A stretch of DNA of 64,000 nt from Malacoraja senta. Lineage: Eukaryota. Position 1 is the first letter of the stretch. Each line of letters starts with the position of its first letter. The notes beneath the pieces are model-generated. The model made no database searches, had not been told where the DNA came from, and was given only the letters and a program-made list of their open reading frames with translations. A program made the translations under genes and the position numbers. Shown here piece after piece: positions 1-11,391 of the stretch. Location of the stretch: positions 7,566,001-7,630,000 of the forward strand of contig CM075991.1 of NCBI GenBank assembly GCA_038087875.1, read 5' to 3'.

Positions 1-175
1 TACCTCTTATCTGATGGGGGAAGGGAGACGAGGGAGTGAGATGCGACCTTGATTATGCTGGTGGCCTTGCTGAGGCAGCGTGAAGTGTTGATGGAGCCAA
101 TGGAAGGGAGGTTGATTTATGTGATGGTCTGGGCTGCGTCCACAATTCTCTGCAACTTCTTGCAGTTTGGATGGG
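1..175 (-). mobile_element. Rex1/Babar-like LINE fragment (C-terminal region after RT)
   Basis: Minus strand reads KLQRIVDAAQTIT*INLPSIGSINTSRCLSKATSIIKV; homologous to 53692-54102 and 42175-42767. Confidence 0.75.
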
Positions 176-1490
176 GCTGTGACACATCCCTCCCTATCCA
201 CATTCTCCAGAGATGCTGCCTCTCTACTCCAGCACTATGTGTCTTTTTCTAATTAAAAAGTGGTGTTGATCTCGATATATTATGCACCAAAGTGATGCCT
301 CAGAGATAACATTTTATTTTGCCAAACTCACTGGCGGCATCAATGATGTCAATTTACATTGTATTACATTTACCGTAGTAGTAATCAGATGTTGTGTAAG
401 AGAGAGAGAAAGAAACGTAGATATCCAAACTGTTGGCAATATCAAGAGCTGTTGGACTATATGGGCCTGAAAGATTTCATCCACAAGACAAAGCCCTCAC
501 CTATTATTCAATTCCCTGTAGACAGGATTTCATAGTTCTTTTCTGTGAGCTGTAGAATTCAGTTGTTTAAATCTCAAGCTGTGCTCGGGGTAATGCAATC
601 AAGTTGCTCTGCCAAGGCAGGTCAGGAGAATCTCTCCAAGGTCATGAGAGTGGTGATTGAATGTCTTCTTCCTTGGCGACATAAATTTCTTAACAGACGT
701 TCCCTCGCACTGATTCTGTTTCGAATTGAACTGAGCTACTCCCTGCCTGGCAAATGGATGGCGGGGCGATAGGACACCTTTTGTGAGGACGCAGATTAAA
801 ACACGATCAGGATTTGATGGGGAGAAAAAGAATGCTCTCGGGCTTCGAACTGTGCATTTGAAGAGAAGCACAAAGGGAAATGTTTGAACCAAGGGTTTTG
901 TCTGATCATTTTGCTGACGGGTGAGCTCTCACAGGGTGACGCTTCCCCCTCCAGTTCTCAAAGCACAACAACATTGTTGACAATCAAACTACAGAGAGAG
1001 TCGGCACAGATCTCTTTGTTGTTGTGCGACCAGGCAAGCAATCCACCTGAGTAAGACATCAAAGACAGCAGAGACGTTGGGAAATGAATGTTGCAACATC
1101 GGGTTGTCTATGTCAGCTGGATGTACTCGAATAGCACAAAGGTGAAATGATGCTTTGGGTTGTCAAGGTAACATTGACGATGATATCGTCCTGATGGGTT
1201 GATCATTCCGGCCTTTTTATTTTCCACCATAAGCCTGATGATTGGCAGAGCTTTCTTCAGGCCAAATGGATTCCATGCTTTTCTTGTAGGAAGAAATATA
1301 TAGACCATATTTCCATAGTGCTTATACTGTGCTGCAAATTTCTGTTGTTCGAAACTTGAAACTCTGCTTTGGGCAATGCAACATGGATGCCCTATCAAGG
1401 ACAAGAAGATGGCAATTACATTTCATCTTTGAAATAAAGCACAGGATACCCGAAGAATGGAAAAGAAGGAGCAACAAGCAAGAAGTAATG

Positions 1491-1602
1491 TACAGAAATG
1501 AACTGCCGTCTGAAGAAGGGTTCCGACCCGAAACGTCACCCATCCTTTTTCTCCAGGGATGCTGCCCGACCCGCTGAGTTACTCCAGCACTGAGTCCATC
1601 CT
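1491..1602 (+). mobile_element. Penelope-like terminal module inserted alone, 16-bp flanking duplication
   Basis: caagcaagaagtaatg at 1475-1490 and 1603-1618 flanks a copy of the module that follows the GIY-YIG ORF end at 5740. Confidence 0.85.
1510..1537 (+). ncRNA. Minimal type I hammerhead ribozyme motif
   Basis: CTGAAGA-A-GGGT(TCCG)ACCC-GAAAC-GTC: both conserved boxes, 4-bp helix II, ACGT helix III palindrome, GUC triplet. Confidence 0.75.
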
Positions 1603-2928
1603 CAAGCAAGAAGTAATGGCGTCCAAGGATATCAGCAAAGGTGGCAAGTCAGGTATTCTGCGGTTTCAGTGATGAAGGGAGGGTTCAGGTGATACTGGCA
1701 TTAGGTTTGGAGCTGCACAAACTTCAAGATTTTCTTTTCTCTGCAACCAAGTTGAAATATTTCTGTCTGTCTTCTAAGATGGTGGGCAGTGAGTACAATT
1801 TTCCTAATGCACTGGCGTTTATGCTTTTTATGAAACTGTAGGAATGGTGCAAATGGTTTTAAGTTCAATAAAGGCATTGATTCTCACCATCCTTACTTAC
1901 TCAGAAGTAAAGCCCTAATTTAATCTTCAGGTCAGATAAGGGTGGTTGATGCTCAGTAAACACCTCGATCCTTCCATACTGGAAACTAAAGCCCCTATAT
2001 TATCTTCAGTTCAGATAAGTGTTGTTAGGTACTTAATGTGAGCTCAAGGGTCCAAACTCTCAACCTTTGATCTTTTGAAAAATTACGTCAATATATCAGC
2101 TGTGAGAGTTGAAGTCTTAATCTGTAAACTCATTCCCAAAGCATGAGTTTTACTAAAAGATCAGTTTGATGCATGAATCTCATTTACCAACCTGTCAAAC
2201 CAGAAATGGACTCTTCTTGGACGTCGAGAAACATTGAACAGTTTGGTGGCAATTTCTCTTTCATTCTTGTCTAAATGTTTACTGTCACTGACGCAAAGCA
2301 TGAGTAGCATTGATGAGAACATTGCATTCCACTGGTCAGTTTCAATATGCATCCGGATTCATGCTAAATTTGGATGCACATTTTCTGAGCCTAAGGCTGT
2401 GTAGATCAGTTTATTGTTCAAATAATGTTGGCACAATGAAACGGAGAATTTGCTCATGAATCAATACGTTCGGCAGTGAAAGATGAAACTAGTTTGTAAG
2501 TGGAAGTCCACCTCTACGATGTGTGTTTTAATTATCATCTCACTTTACCTTGAAGATGTACAATTCATCCCACCTGTTTAATTAATTCCTTCCCACAGTA
2601 AATCCCAACTTTCCTGTGATATTTATGCTGGGGATTTTTTCAGATACCTTTGCAAGCTCCAAAACATGACGGTGAATATGCCACTTTCATTTCCTCACTC
2701 ACTGAACAAGTCATCTCTGTGGCTGCCGCCTTGAGGAAGATTTAGGTTTATTATTGTCACGTGAACTGATACGCAGTGAAACGTTTTGTTTTGCAAGCTA
2801 TCAGTCAGATCAGATAATACTATCCATAAATCTAATAAGTCAAACTCAAGTGCACTAAATAGAGCAAAGGGGAAGATACAGAATATTGTTCTCAGCATTA
2901 TGGTGCATCAGTTTCATAGACAATGTCT

Positions 2929-3190
2929 AGGGCGGTTACGGTGGCGCAGCGGTAGAGTTGCTGCCTTACAGCGAATGCAGCGCGGGTTTCTCCAAGATCT
3001 TCGGTTTCCTCCTACATTCCAAAGATGTACAGGTTTGTAGGTTAATTGGCTTGGTAAATGTAAAACTTGTCCCTAGTGAGTGTAGGATCGTAATGTGCGG
3101 GGATCGCTGGTCGGCGCGGTCCCGGTGGGCCGAATGGCCTGTTTCCGCACTGTATCTCGAAACTAAATGAAACGAAATGAAACTAAACAA
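2929..3190 (+). mobile_element. HE1-type V-SINE, internally deleted
   Basis: A-box head gtggcgcagcggtagagttgctgcc; ggtttcctcctacattccaaaga V domain; gcctgtttccgcactgtatctc and aactaa tail. Confidence 0.85.
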
Positions 3191-3499
3191 AGTCCTACTT
3201 CTGCAATGGGGTAGATTGAACCAGACAATATGCTAGCTGATGGAAGGTCCATTCAGAAGCCTGATAACACTGTTCATGAATCTGGTAGTGCGGACTTTCA
3301 GGGATCTGTATCTTCTGCTGCACCGGATCAGGGAGAAGAGGAACGATGAGGTGGAACAAGTCTTTGACTATGTTAGCTGCTTTTCCAAGGCATCTAATCA
3401 TGCATCCAGCATTTCCCAGATTAGTACTTGTCCCTCTGCATAACAATGCAGAACATGTTCTAAGCATTATCACCTTACTTCAAACACCTTCGCCATAAC

Positions 3500-3812
3500 T
3501 GGCGGTACGATGGCACAGCGGTAGAGTTGCTGCCTTACAGCGCCAGAGACCTGGGTTCAATCCTGTCTACGGGTGCTGTCTGTACGGAGTTTGTATATTC
3601 TCCCCGTGACCGTGTGGGTTTTCTCCGGGACCTCCAGTTTCCACCCACACTCCAAAGACGTACAACTTTGTAGGTTAATTGGCTTGGTATAATTGTACAT
3701 TGTCCCTAGTGTGTGTAGGATGGCGATAGTGTGCGGGAATCACTGGTCTGTGCGGACTTGGTGGGCCGAAGGGCCTGTTTCCGCGCTGTATCTCTAAACT
3801 AAACTAAACTGA
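3500..3812 (+). mobile_element. HE1-type tRNA-derived V-SINE, full length
   Basis: A box tggcacagcgg, B box ggttcaatcc, V domain, CR1-like tail gggccgaagggcctgtttcc, (aaact)n end. Confidence 0.9.
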
Positions 3813-4452
3813 ACCAGAAAATTTTAAGCTTTAAAATCTGATGTCCTAGTTTAAAGTCAAATTCCCGTTGCAATATTCAGAATGTGCACCTGCTGTATAA
3901 CTTCTCCATTATCTGAATTGTAATAAATGTTTATTTATTAAACCAATGGATCGTCTTCAAGAGTAAACCTGGGAGGTACAATTTACAAGATTCTGGATTC
4001 ATGCAATAACACAGCTTTAACTAGGTTGATTTACACATTGCCATTTCAGGCATAATTAGGGTCATGCTGTCCTGAAGGCTTTTCATTCGGCATTCTATGC
4101 TTGCGAATATATCATTTTCATTACACCTTTGCACTGATAGGTATGGTTTCACACCATTAGCTACAAGGGAATCGAAAAAAATAATTATTCAGCTTGCTAC
4201 ATTCACAGGGAATATGGAATGTCTGACGAATCGGCAAATTTATAAAGATGAAGCTAAGGCAAGAAATCCCTGTCAGTATTCTTAAAGCCACAGCTTACCT
4301 TTTCCATCACATTTAACTCTAAAAGACGTAAAGGCTGGATTCTGTTGGCAAGCAAACATTTAATGAAAATCCCTTTAGTACAGTTTAGTTTAGTTTATTT
4401 AGGTGGCCAAGTTAGCTCTTGTTTTCATTCGATCTAGTTCAGTTTAGTTTAC

Positions 4453-4728
4453 TGAACGTTGAATTCTCCCAATTCTGCTAGCCCTGGCTGCCCCCTCCCC
4501 TTCATCAGCCATCTGGTTGTCTCCTCCCCTCCCCCAGCCCTCGGGCTCCTCCTCCGCCTTTTCCTTTTTTCCTTTCTTCTCCCCACCCCCTATCAGTCTG
4601 AAGAAGGGTTTCGGCCCGAAACGTTACCTATTTCCTTCGCTCCATAGATGCTGCTGCACCCGCTGAGTTTCTCCAGCATTTTTGTGTACCTTCGATTTTC
4701 CAGCATCTGCAGTTCCTTCTTTAACACT
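4453..4728 (+). mobile_element. Penelope-like element 3' end, subfamily B
   Basis: aacgttgaattctcccaattctgctag reads NVEFSQFC*, compare NIDFSNFK* at 5740; then a pyrimidine-rich tract and a hammerhead module ending ccagcatctgcagttccttct. Confidence 0.8.
4598..4625 (+). ncRNA. Minimal hammerhead motif, subfamily B (UUCG loop, GUU triplet)
   Basis: CTGAAGA-A-GGGT(TTCG)GCCC-GAAAC-GTT; helix II kept by a U-G pair. Confidence 0.7.
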
Positions 4729-5015
4729 TAGTTTATTGTCACGTGTACCGTGGTACGGTGAGAAGCTTTTGTTGCGTGCTATCCAGTCAGCGGAAAGACA
4801 GTACATGATTACAATCGAGCCATTTACAGTGCATAGATACATGATAAGGGAAGACGTTAAGTGTAAGGTTAAGCCAGCAAAGTCTGATCAAGGACAGTCC
4901 GAGGGCCACCAAAGAGGTAGGTAGAAGTTCAGCACTGCTCTCTGGTTGTAGTAGTTGCCTGATAACAGCTGGGTAGAAACTGTCTCTGAATCTGAAGGTG
5001 TGCATATTCACACTT
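4728..5015 (-). mobile_element. Rex1/Babar-like LINE 3' end
   Basis: Minus ORF HTFRFRDSFYPAVIRQL, 3' UTR and terminal stem-loop (plus strand ttattgtcacgtgtaccgtggtacggtga). Confidence 0.75.
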
Positions 5016-5579
5016 TATGCTATTTTGCACACTAGATGCTATTTTAACAGAAAAATGTGATGCACAAGAATTCAAGATGGAGGAATCAGTATTATTAGAT
5101 GCATCTTCAAGTATAATTTGTCATTCCTGTGTTTTTGTTGTCCTCTTTCCTCCTCCGTCCCAAATTCCTTGATACCCTTATTGACTTATTGATCAGTCTG
5201 GAGCACATTAAGCAACTGAACATTCACAACACTTTGGCACATAGAATTCCAAAGTTTCTTCACCCTATTTAGTCAGGAAAATGTTTCTCATCTCAATTCT
5301 AAATGGAATAGAGAAAACAAACACAGTGAAATGTTCTTGGGTATGCTCGGGACAGATCAGCTGTTTGAATTGCAGATTTGATCATTGTGCAATAATCCAT
5401 CATCATCGCTTACCATAATACCATTACTGCTCAGCGCTGTGCCACTAATGTTCCTATGATATGAAATCATAAAAATCACATTGAGTCCACAGAGATGATG
5501 GGCACAAATTTAATGTAAGTGCATAACACTGTAATCTGGAATGTGTTTTTGTTCATGGAAAGTTCACAGGACTCAACAA

Positions 5580-6091
5580 CATTGAACTCCCCCTCCCATT
5601 CCTACACTGACTTTTCTGTCCAGGGCCTCCTCCATTGTCAGAGTGAGGCCCAGCACAAATTGGAGGAACAGCACCTCATATCTCGCTTGGGTACCTTACA
5701 TCCCAGCGGTATGAACATTGACTTCTCTAACTTCAAGTAGCCCTTGCTTGCCCTCTCTCTCCATCCCTCCCCCTTCCCAGTTCCCCGACCAATCTGACTG
5801 TCCCCGATACATTTTATCTCTGTTCGCTTTGTTGTCACCTTCTCTTATCTAACAATGATCTATTCTACATTTCCCTTGATCCCCGTCTCTTTTGATGTCT
5901 CGTTGTCACACACTGCACCCTTCCTTATCTCTGAGTGTCTCCCTCTCCCCGGACTCTCATTCTGAAGAAGGGTTTGGATCTGAAACGTCACCCATTCCTT
6001 CCATCCAGGGATGCTACCTGTCCCACTGAGTTGCTCCAGCATTTTGTGCATTTTTATTTTAAATCCAGCATCTGCAGTTCCTTCCTACACA
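5580..6091 (+). mobile_element. Penelope-like retroelement 3' portion: GIY-YIG endonuclease C-terminus, 3' UTR, hammerhead module
   Basis: NSPSHSYTDFSVQGLLHCQSEAQHKLEEQHLISRLGTLHPSGMNIDFSNFK* (stop 5740) matches the vertebrate PLE GIY-YIG end; hammerhead core at 5962-5989. Confidence 0.88.
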
Positions 6092-6489
6092 ATGAAGGTT
6101 TTGATATTTGTTTCTTGTTATTTGTCCTTTTCCTTTCTTAAGATACCACTGGCCTTCGCCCAAGCAAACTGATTTAGACAGAGCTCCTGAAATTAATTTC
6201 CCCAGACTACAACAGGAAATCAGGTTAGAAGAGGCAGTAGTTTGAGCAGAGTAAATAAGAGGTATTATGTGCACAGAGTCCGTCTAAGTAAACTAGGATT
6301 TGACATGCTGCCCCTAGATGGACAGATCTATAAACCAGGGAGTTGCTTCCTTGTAAAGGGGGTGTTTGATTTGCTGTAATTAGGGATTAGCAGTCAAGGA
6401 GACTAAAGGGAAGCCAGGAAATTCATAAAGCTCTGGAGAGTGTTAAAAAGGCACATTAAAGGAGTTTAGATTTGACATCTTGCAATAAT

Positions 6490-6752
6490 GGCCGCGGGGC
6501 ATATTTACCATTGTCCGCCGGGGGCTTTGACTTTGACATCGGGAGGAGAATGTGGAGTGCAGGGGAGGGATAAGACTTTGCCTTCCATCACAGCGAGGAG
6601 GAGATTCGCTGTGATGGATGTTTGTGTAAATTGTGTTGTGTCTTGGTTCTTTTTACTTGTTTGTATGACTGCAGAAACCAAATTTCGTTTGAACTTCATT
6701 TGAGGTTCAAATGACAATAAACGGTATTGTATTGTATTGTATATTGTATTGT
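6490..6752 (+). mobile_element. Truncated copy of the GC-rich non-autonomous family
   Basis: Shares tttgccttccatcacag...gctgtgatggatgtttgtgt with 22150-22850; ends atgacaataaa plus (gtatt)n. Confidence 0.6.
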
Positions 6753-6899
6753 AATGACCGAGGGTGGGGGTGGCAGAAACTAAATCTGAACCTCAAAGCT
6801 GGATCGCAGTCCTTCAGTGCAGTGAGGAAATGTGTTCTATTTTTGCTGTATGGCACGTAGGTTTTAAGAGATGGGAGAATTGTCTGCAATATAGTTCAC

Positions 6900-7106
6900 T
6901 ACGGAGCCTCCCTGGGTTATGGACGCCTGACTTATGTACACCCGTGCTATGTGAAACCACTGGGATGGATTTGCCGGTCACAGTCAGGCTTCAAAGGCAT
7001 CTTCTACCACGAGGGAACTTGGTTCGCTGCTGCATTTTCCACTTGCAAATTTCTCCGGGTCGCAAAGAGTTCCTGAATCGTGTTCATGACCCAGGGACAA
7101 CATGCA
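6900..7106. mobile_element. Probable old Tc1/mariner (Tigger/pogo-like) MITE
   Basis: Inverted ends tccctgggttatg (6909-6921) and catgacccaggga (7085-7097). Confidence 0.45.
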
Positions 7107-7175
7107 TCCGAACACCCTGTTTGTCAAATTGCCCAATTCTACACATTGATTTATTTCTAGTGTTTATAAAGCCAG

Positions 7176-7655
7176 CTTTAGTGCAGCACAATGGTGAAGT
7201 GGTAGAGTTGCTGGCTTAAAGCGTAAGAGACCCAGGTTCGATCATGACCTCAGGTGCTGTCTGTGCAGAGCTTGCGTGTTCACACAGGGCAGTTTGTATC
7301 TGGAATGAGCTGATGGAGGAAGCTATGGTAGTAGAAATAATTACAGTTTAGAAGGATGTTTAGGTAGATACCTGTATATGGACAGGAAGGGGTTAGAGGG
7401 ATATGGGACAAATGCAGGCATATGTGCCAGAATGCCAACTTGGTCGGCATGGACAAGGTGGGCCAAAGAAGCTGTTTCCGTGCTCTACAGTTCCAGACTT
7501 TGTTGGAGGTAATGAAGAGGAAGTAGATACATCTTTGAAAAATCAGGGAGCTGGCAGAGAATAGGGAAGGAGGCCCCGAGAGCGATCAGCCATGGTCATA
7601 CTGAATGGTGAGGCAGGCTTGAAGGGCCAAGTGACCTACTCCCCACTCCTTTTCT
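7176..7655 (+). mobile_element. SINE head followed by two degraded CR1 3' ends
   Basis: ggtagagttgctggc/ggttcgatc head; tggaatgagctg..ggaggaag and gggatatggg..aaatgcaggca CR1 motifs. Confidence 0.7.
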
Positions 7656-8294
7656 CTTCTGTTCTTCTTCTGTCCGAGATATTGAGTCTCCCATGCGTGT
7701 GAGATTCAGCTTTTTCCAATTAAGTTCCAGTGAGCCTGAATGGGCAAGGGCAGATGATATTTACAAACATACATCCTACACCAGCCATCAAAGATGAATG
7801 TATCATTGTGATGCAAACATTCAGGGAAGATTCAATTTGGTATTCCATTCTCTCCAGCGAACAACTCATGCATTTGAAGAGCAACATTCTTGGCTGAATG
7901 CAATTATGTGTTAGGATGCATTAGTTTGCTATAATTCCTGAAAGGGCAGGGTAAGCACTTTTATTCTGTTTTCAAACTCTTTGAAGGTACATTTAGTCGG
8001 ATCGGAAAAAATTGGTTCTCACAAAGAATATTGAGCATTACTGCAATTATTAAGGGCTTCCTCACTCCCACCCAGAAGTGATTCCTCTCCAACTTTAACT
8101 GGCAAAATAATAATCCTTCCATCGTGTATTGATTGGCAAGCGCTCCTTCAGAACACTACAAAGCGCCCGATCAATCAATTTGGGCCTTTAATATTTAATT
8201 TAATTTAGGTGGACATGTCAGTACTTTTGTACAGAAGTGTTCATTGTGTTATTGAGTGATGACCTTGACTGAGGAGAAACGTTAGCCTGGACAC

Positions 8295-8590
8295 TATAGA
8301 CAATAGACAATAGATAATAGGTGCAGGAGTAGGCCATTTGGCCCTTCGAGCCAGCACCGCCATTCAATGTGATCATGGCTGATCATCCCCAATCGGTACC
8401 CCGTTCCTGCCTTCTCCCCATATCCCCTGACTCCGCTATTTTTAAGAGCCCTATCTAGCTCTCTCTTGAAAGCATCCGGAGAACCTGCCTCCACCGCCCT
8501 CTGAGGCAGAGAATTCCACAGACTCACCATTCTCTGTGAGAAAAAGTGTTTCCTTGTCTCCGTTCTAAATGGCTTACTCCTTATTCTTAT
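8295..8590 (-). mobile_element. CR1 (HER1-like) LINE 3' end
   Basis: Minus ORF VSLWNSLPQRAVEAGSPDAFKRELDRAL; (tagacaa)n terminal repeat. Confidence 0.9.
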
Positions 8591-8914
8591 AGAGTATGAA
8601 CCTCTTTTATTCTTAAAGAGTATTCTTAAAGACTATGAACCACCACCACTACACATCTAAAACATTCTGCCCTGTCCACAACCACAACGCCACTTTGATG
8701 TCAGTTTGCATGTTTTGTTACGGAATCTCTAAAATCCAGCTGATCCACTGATAAAATAAGACAAAGCCCGATTCAGCGAGAAGAAATAGACTGCTATTTA
8801 TCTCGTAGAAATTTTTGCAACCAGTGCACCAGGGTAGTCACTGGTTGAATGTAGGATATCAAAAGGAAATCTCAGCCACCGATTCTCACCTTGCTTCTTA
8901 ATTGCAAGAGAACT

Positions 8915-9790
8915 GGGTGGAGCAGTGGCACAGCAGAAGAGATGCTACCTTACAGCGCCAGAGACCTGGGTTCGATCCTGACCCACAGGTGCCATCTGTG
9001 CGGAGTTTGTACATTCCCCCTGTGACCACGTGGGTTTTCTCCGGGTGCTCCAGTTTCCTCCCACACTCCAAAGAAGTACAGGTTTGTAGGTTAATAGGCT
9101 TTGATATATGTGGATTATAGAAATGATGGAGACCTTACACTTGGAAAGAATTAGACTTGTCCTGTTGGACAAACAGGAACTATTCGTCGGAACATGGTCT
9201 CCCTTTATTGACTATTTAAAGGGTCAGAATGGTTCAGCACAGGAACCTGACTAACACCCGTGCCAAGGAATAGATGAAAGGTTATACTCTGAAATGTATG
9301 AATATATCTCGAATGAAGTTTTTTATCGTAGTAAATTATTCCATTCTTCTTAATTATCTTTTTGTTTTTTTTTTTGTTTTTTTTTTTGTTTTTGTTTTTT
9401 GTTTTGTTTTTGGTTGTTTTTTTTTTTTGTTTTTGTTTTTTTTCTTGTTTCTTCTCTTTTTTCTCTTTCTTTCTTTATTTCATCTATATCTTTTTAGTTC
9501 TATTTAGTTTAACAAAAAAAAAAAAGAAAAAAGTATTGGAGACATTGTAATAATAATGGACGATATTTGTAATTTAAAAATGTAAGACTGGTATCGATTT
9601 TAATATGATATGTATAATATCCAATAAAAAATATCTTAAAAAAAAAAATAAAAAAAAAAATAGGCTTTGATGAAAATTGTAAATTGTCTCTAGTGTGTAG
9701 GATAGTGCTGGAGTACAGGGTGACCACTGGTCAATGCAGCCTCGGTGGGCCGAAGGGCCTGTTTCCGTGCTGTATCTCTAAAGTCTAATG
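8915..9790 (+). mobile_element. HE1-type V-SINE split by an L1 insertion
   Basis: 5' half 8915-9105 and 3' half 9659-9790 join to a full SINE. Confidence 0.85.
9106..9658 (+). mobile_element. 5'-truncated L1-clade LINE with 13-bp TSD
   Basis: WIIEMMETLHLERIRLVLLDKQELFVGTWSPFIDYLK (fish-type L1 ORF2 end), T-rich 3' UTR, aataaa plus poly(A); TSD aataggctttgat at 9093-9105 and 9659-9671. Confidence 0.88.
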
Positions 9791-9924
9791 AAAGATGATA
9801 TTCATTGAGAGATAAATGTTGTTCATAATGTCTGGAGAATTCCTCTGATTGAGGGACTTTTGTTTCCATCCAAGAGGGCTGAGACTGGGAGGACTGTTTC
9901 AGCATCTCATTGAGAATCCTAGTA

Positions 9925-10105
9925 ATAGAATTGAAGCAATGGCCAAGAAAGCACACCAACGCCTCTACTTCCTTGTAAGGCTTAGGAGGTTCAGCACATC
10001 CCCGACAAATCTCACCAATTTCTACAAACGTAGAAAACATTTTATTCGGATGCATCAGAGCATGGTTTGGGAACAGCTCCATCCAGGACCTCAAGAAATT
10101 GCCAA
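9925..10105 (+). mobile_element. Rex1/Babar-like LINE fragment
   Basis: IEAMAKKAHQRLYFLVRLRRFSTSPTNLTNFYK. Confidence 0.8.
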
Positions 10106-10189
10106 GGGAGAAATTGTTCCCACTCTGCATCTGTCAGCCTCAGCTTCTGTCTGCCATTATCTGTTCCAAAACTTACCTCAGTCCTTTAA

Positions 10190-10750
10190 CATACTGCACA
10201 GCATAGATGTACACTGTATACTCTAAATAATACACCGTGTAGATGTGTACTGTACACTCTATATAATACAGAGCACAGATCTGCCCTGCACACTCTGCAT
10301 AATGGATAACACAGATTACTCTTTACACTATGATGTACATTGTACACCAATACACACTGTATTAGTACACTCATTAGTGGATAATGAGTGTACAACACGT
10401 GAACACACCTCATGAGTGTCTCATGTACACTCGTTAATACACAGCACAGGTACACTGCACTAATAGACAGTACACTGCACACTCTGTATAATACACAGTA
10501 GTTATATGCTGAAGATAGACCCAGAATGCTGGAGTAACTCAGCGGGACAGGCAGCATCTCGAGTGGGTGACGTTTCGGGTCAAGACCTTTCTTCAGGCTA
10601 TATGCTGCATGTTCTGCAAAATACACAGCAGAGATAGGCACTACACATTCTTTGTTATACTGTAACAGGAAGGTTGGCATCCAGAAACATACAGCAACCC
10701 TTCTACATAGTTCACTGTAAAGGTATACCCGATATACACTGCTAAGCTGA
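10190..10750. repeat. Degenerate ~30-35 bp minisatellite interrupted by a PLE module (10510-10599, minus)
   Basis: Recurrent tacactg.acactct.tataatacac units; PLE insert flanked by duplicated tatatgctg. Confidence 0.6.
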
Positions 10751-10880
10751 ATGAGTCTGTGTCTCATGGTGATGTGTGGGGCCACTTGCAACGCATGGCT
10801 CCATCATAGTCGACATTTGCTCATTTGGAAGGGGCTGAGATTGCCAGACACCTTGAAGACAAGTTCCCCCTTCCCCATTT

Positions 10881-11312
10881 TTTTTTTTTTTTTAATTATT
10901 TTTATTAGAAGTACGGTAAATTACAGTAATACACAACACATATATCTTAATACATTTTTTGTACCGCTTCATTTTTTTGAGCTTTAAGAGAAAGATAGAA
11001 GTAAGAAAAGTAAAGAAAGTGCGCAAGAGTCGTGAGGTGCAAGAGAGTGTTGTGAAAAGAAAGCCCCTTAGAAAAGAAGTTAGAGAAGGAAGTAAAGTAA
11101 GAAAGTAGACCCTAGAAAAGAAAGAAAAAGAAAGTAGGAACAATCGCAGAAAGGGGACTACCAACCAAGTCTGTTTTTGTTGTTTTACCTCCCATTACCA
11201 GGTCCTGATACCATTTATTTATTTATTTATTTTTAAAATTACTATTGCACCTCATGCTTGTAATAGGTCCAGAAACGTAGACCACGTCTTTTGGAATTGG
11301 TCTGCTTTACCT
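10881..11312 (-). mobile_element. 5'-truncated L1-clade LINE with 14-bp TSD
   Basis: Minus strand GKADQFQKTWSTFLDLLQA*, poly(A) tail; TSD ccccttccccattt at 10867-10880 and 11313-11326. Confidence 0.85.
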
Positions 11313-11391
11313 CCCCTTCCCCATTTAAAGCTCTCCCCTTTACATTAAGCACACCAGAAGAGGGTCAATTCCAATTTCTAGACAGCTGCAG

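Noticed and set aside
3500..3580. tRNA gene
   Set aside because: A/B boxes belong to SINE heads; each continues into the V domain and LINE tail.
6306..6326. CTCF site tgctgcccctagatggacag
   Set aside because: Imperfect spacing in both orientations; cannot be supported without a PWM score or ChIP data.
9274..9550. Phe-rich membrane-like ORFs
   Set aside because: T-rich 3' UTR of the L1 insertion.
10186..10791. 201-aa Cys/Val/Tyr-rich ORF
   Set aside because: Read-through of a degenerate minisatellite plus a PLE insert.
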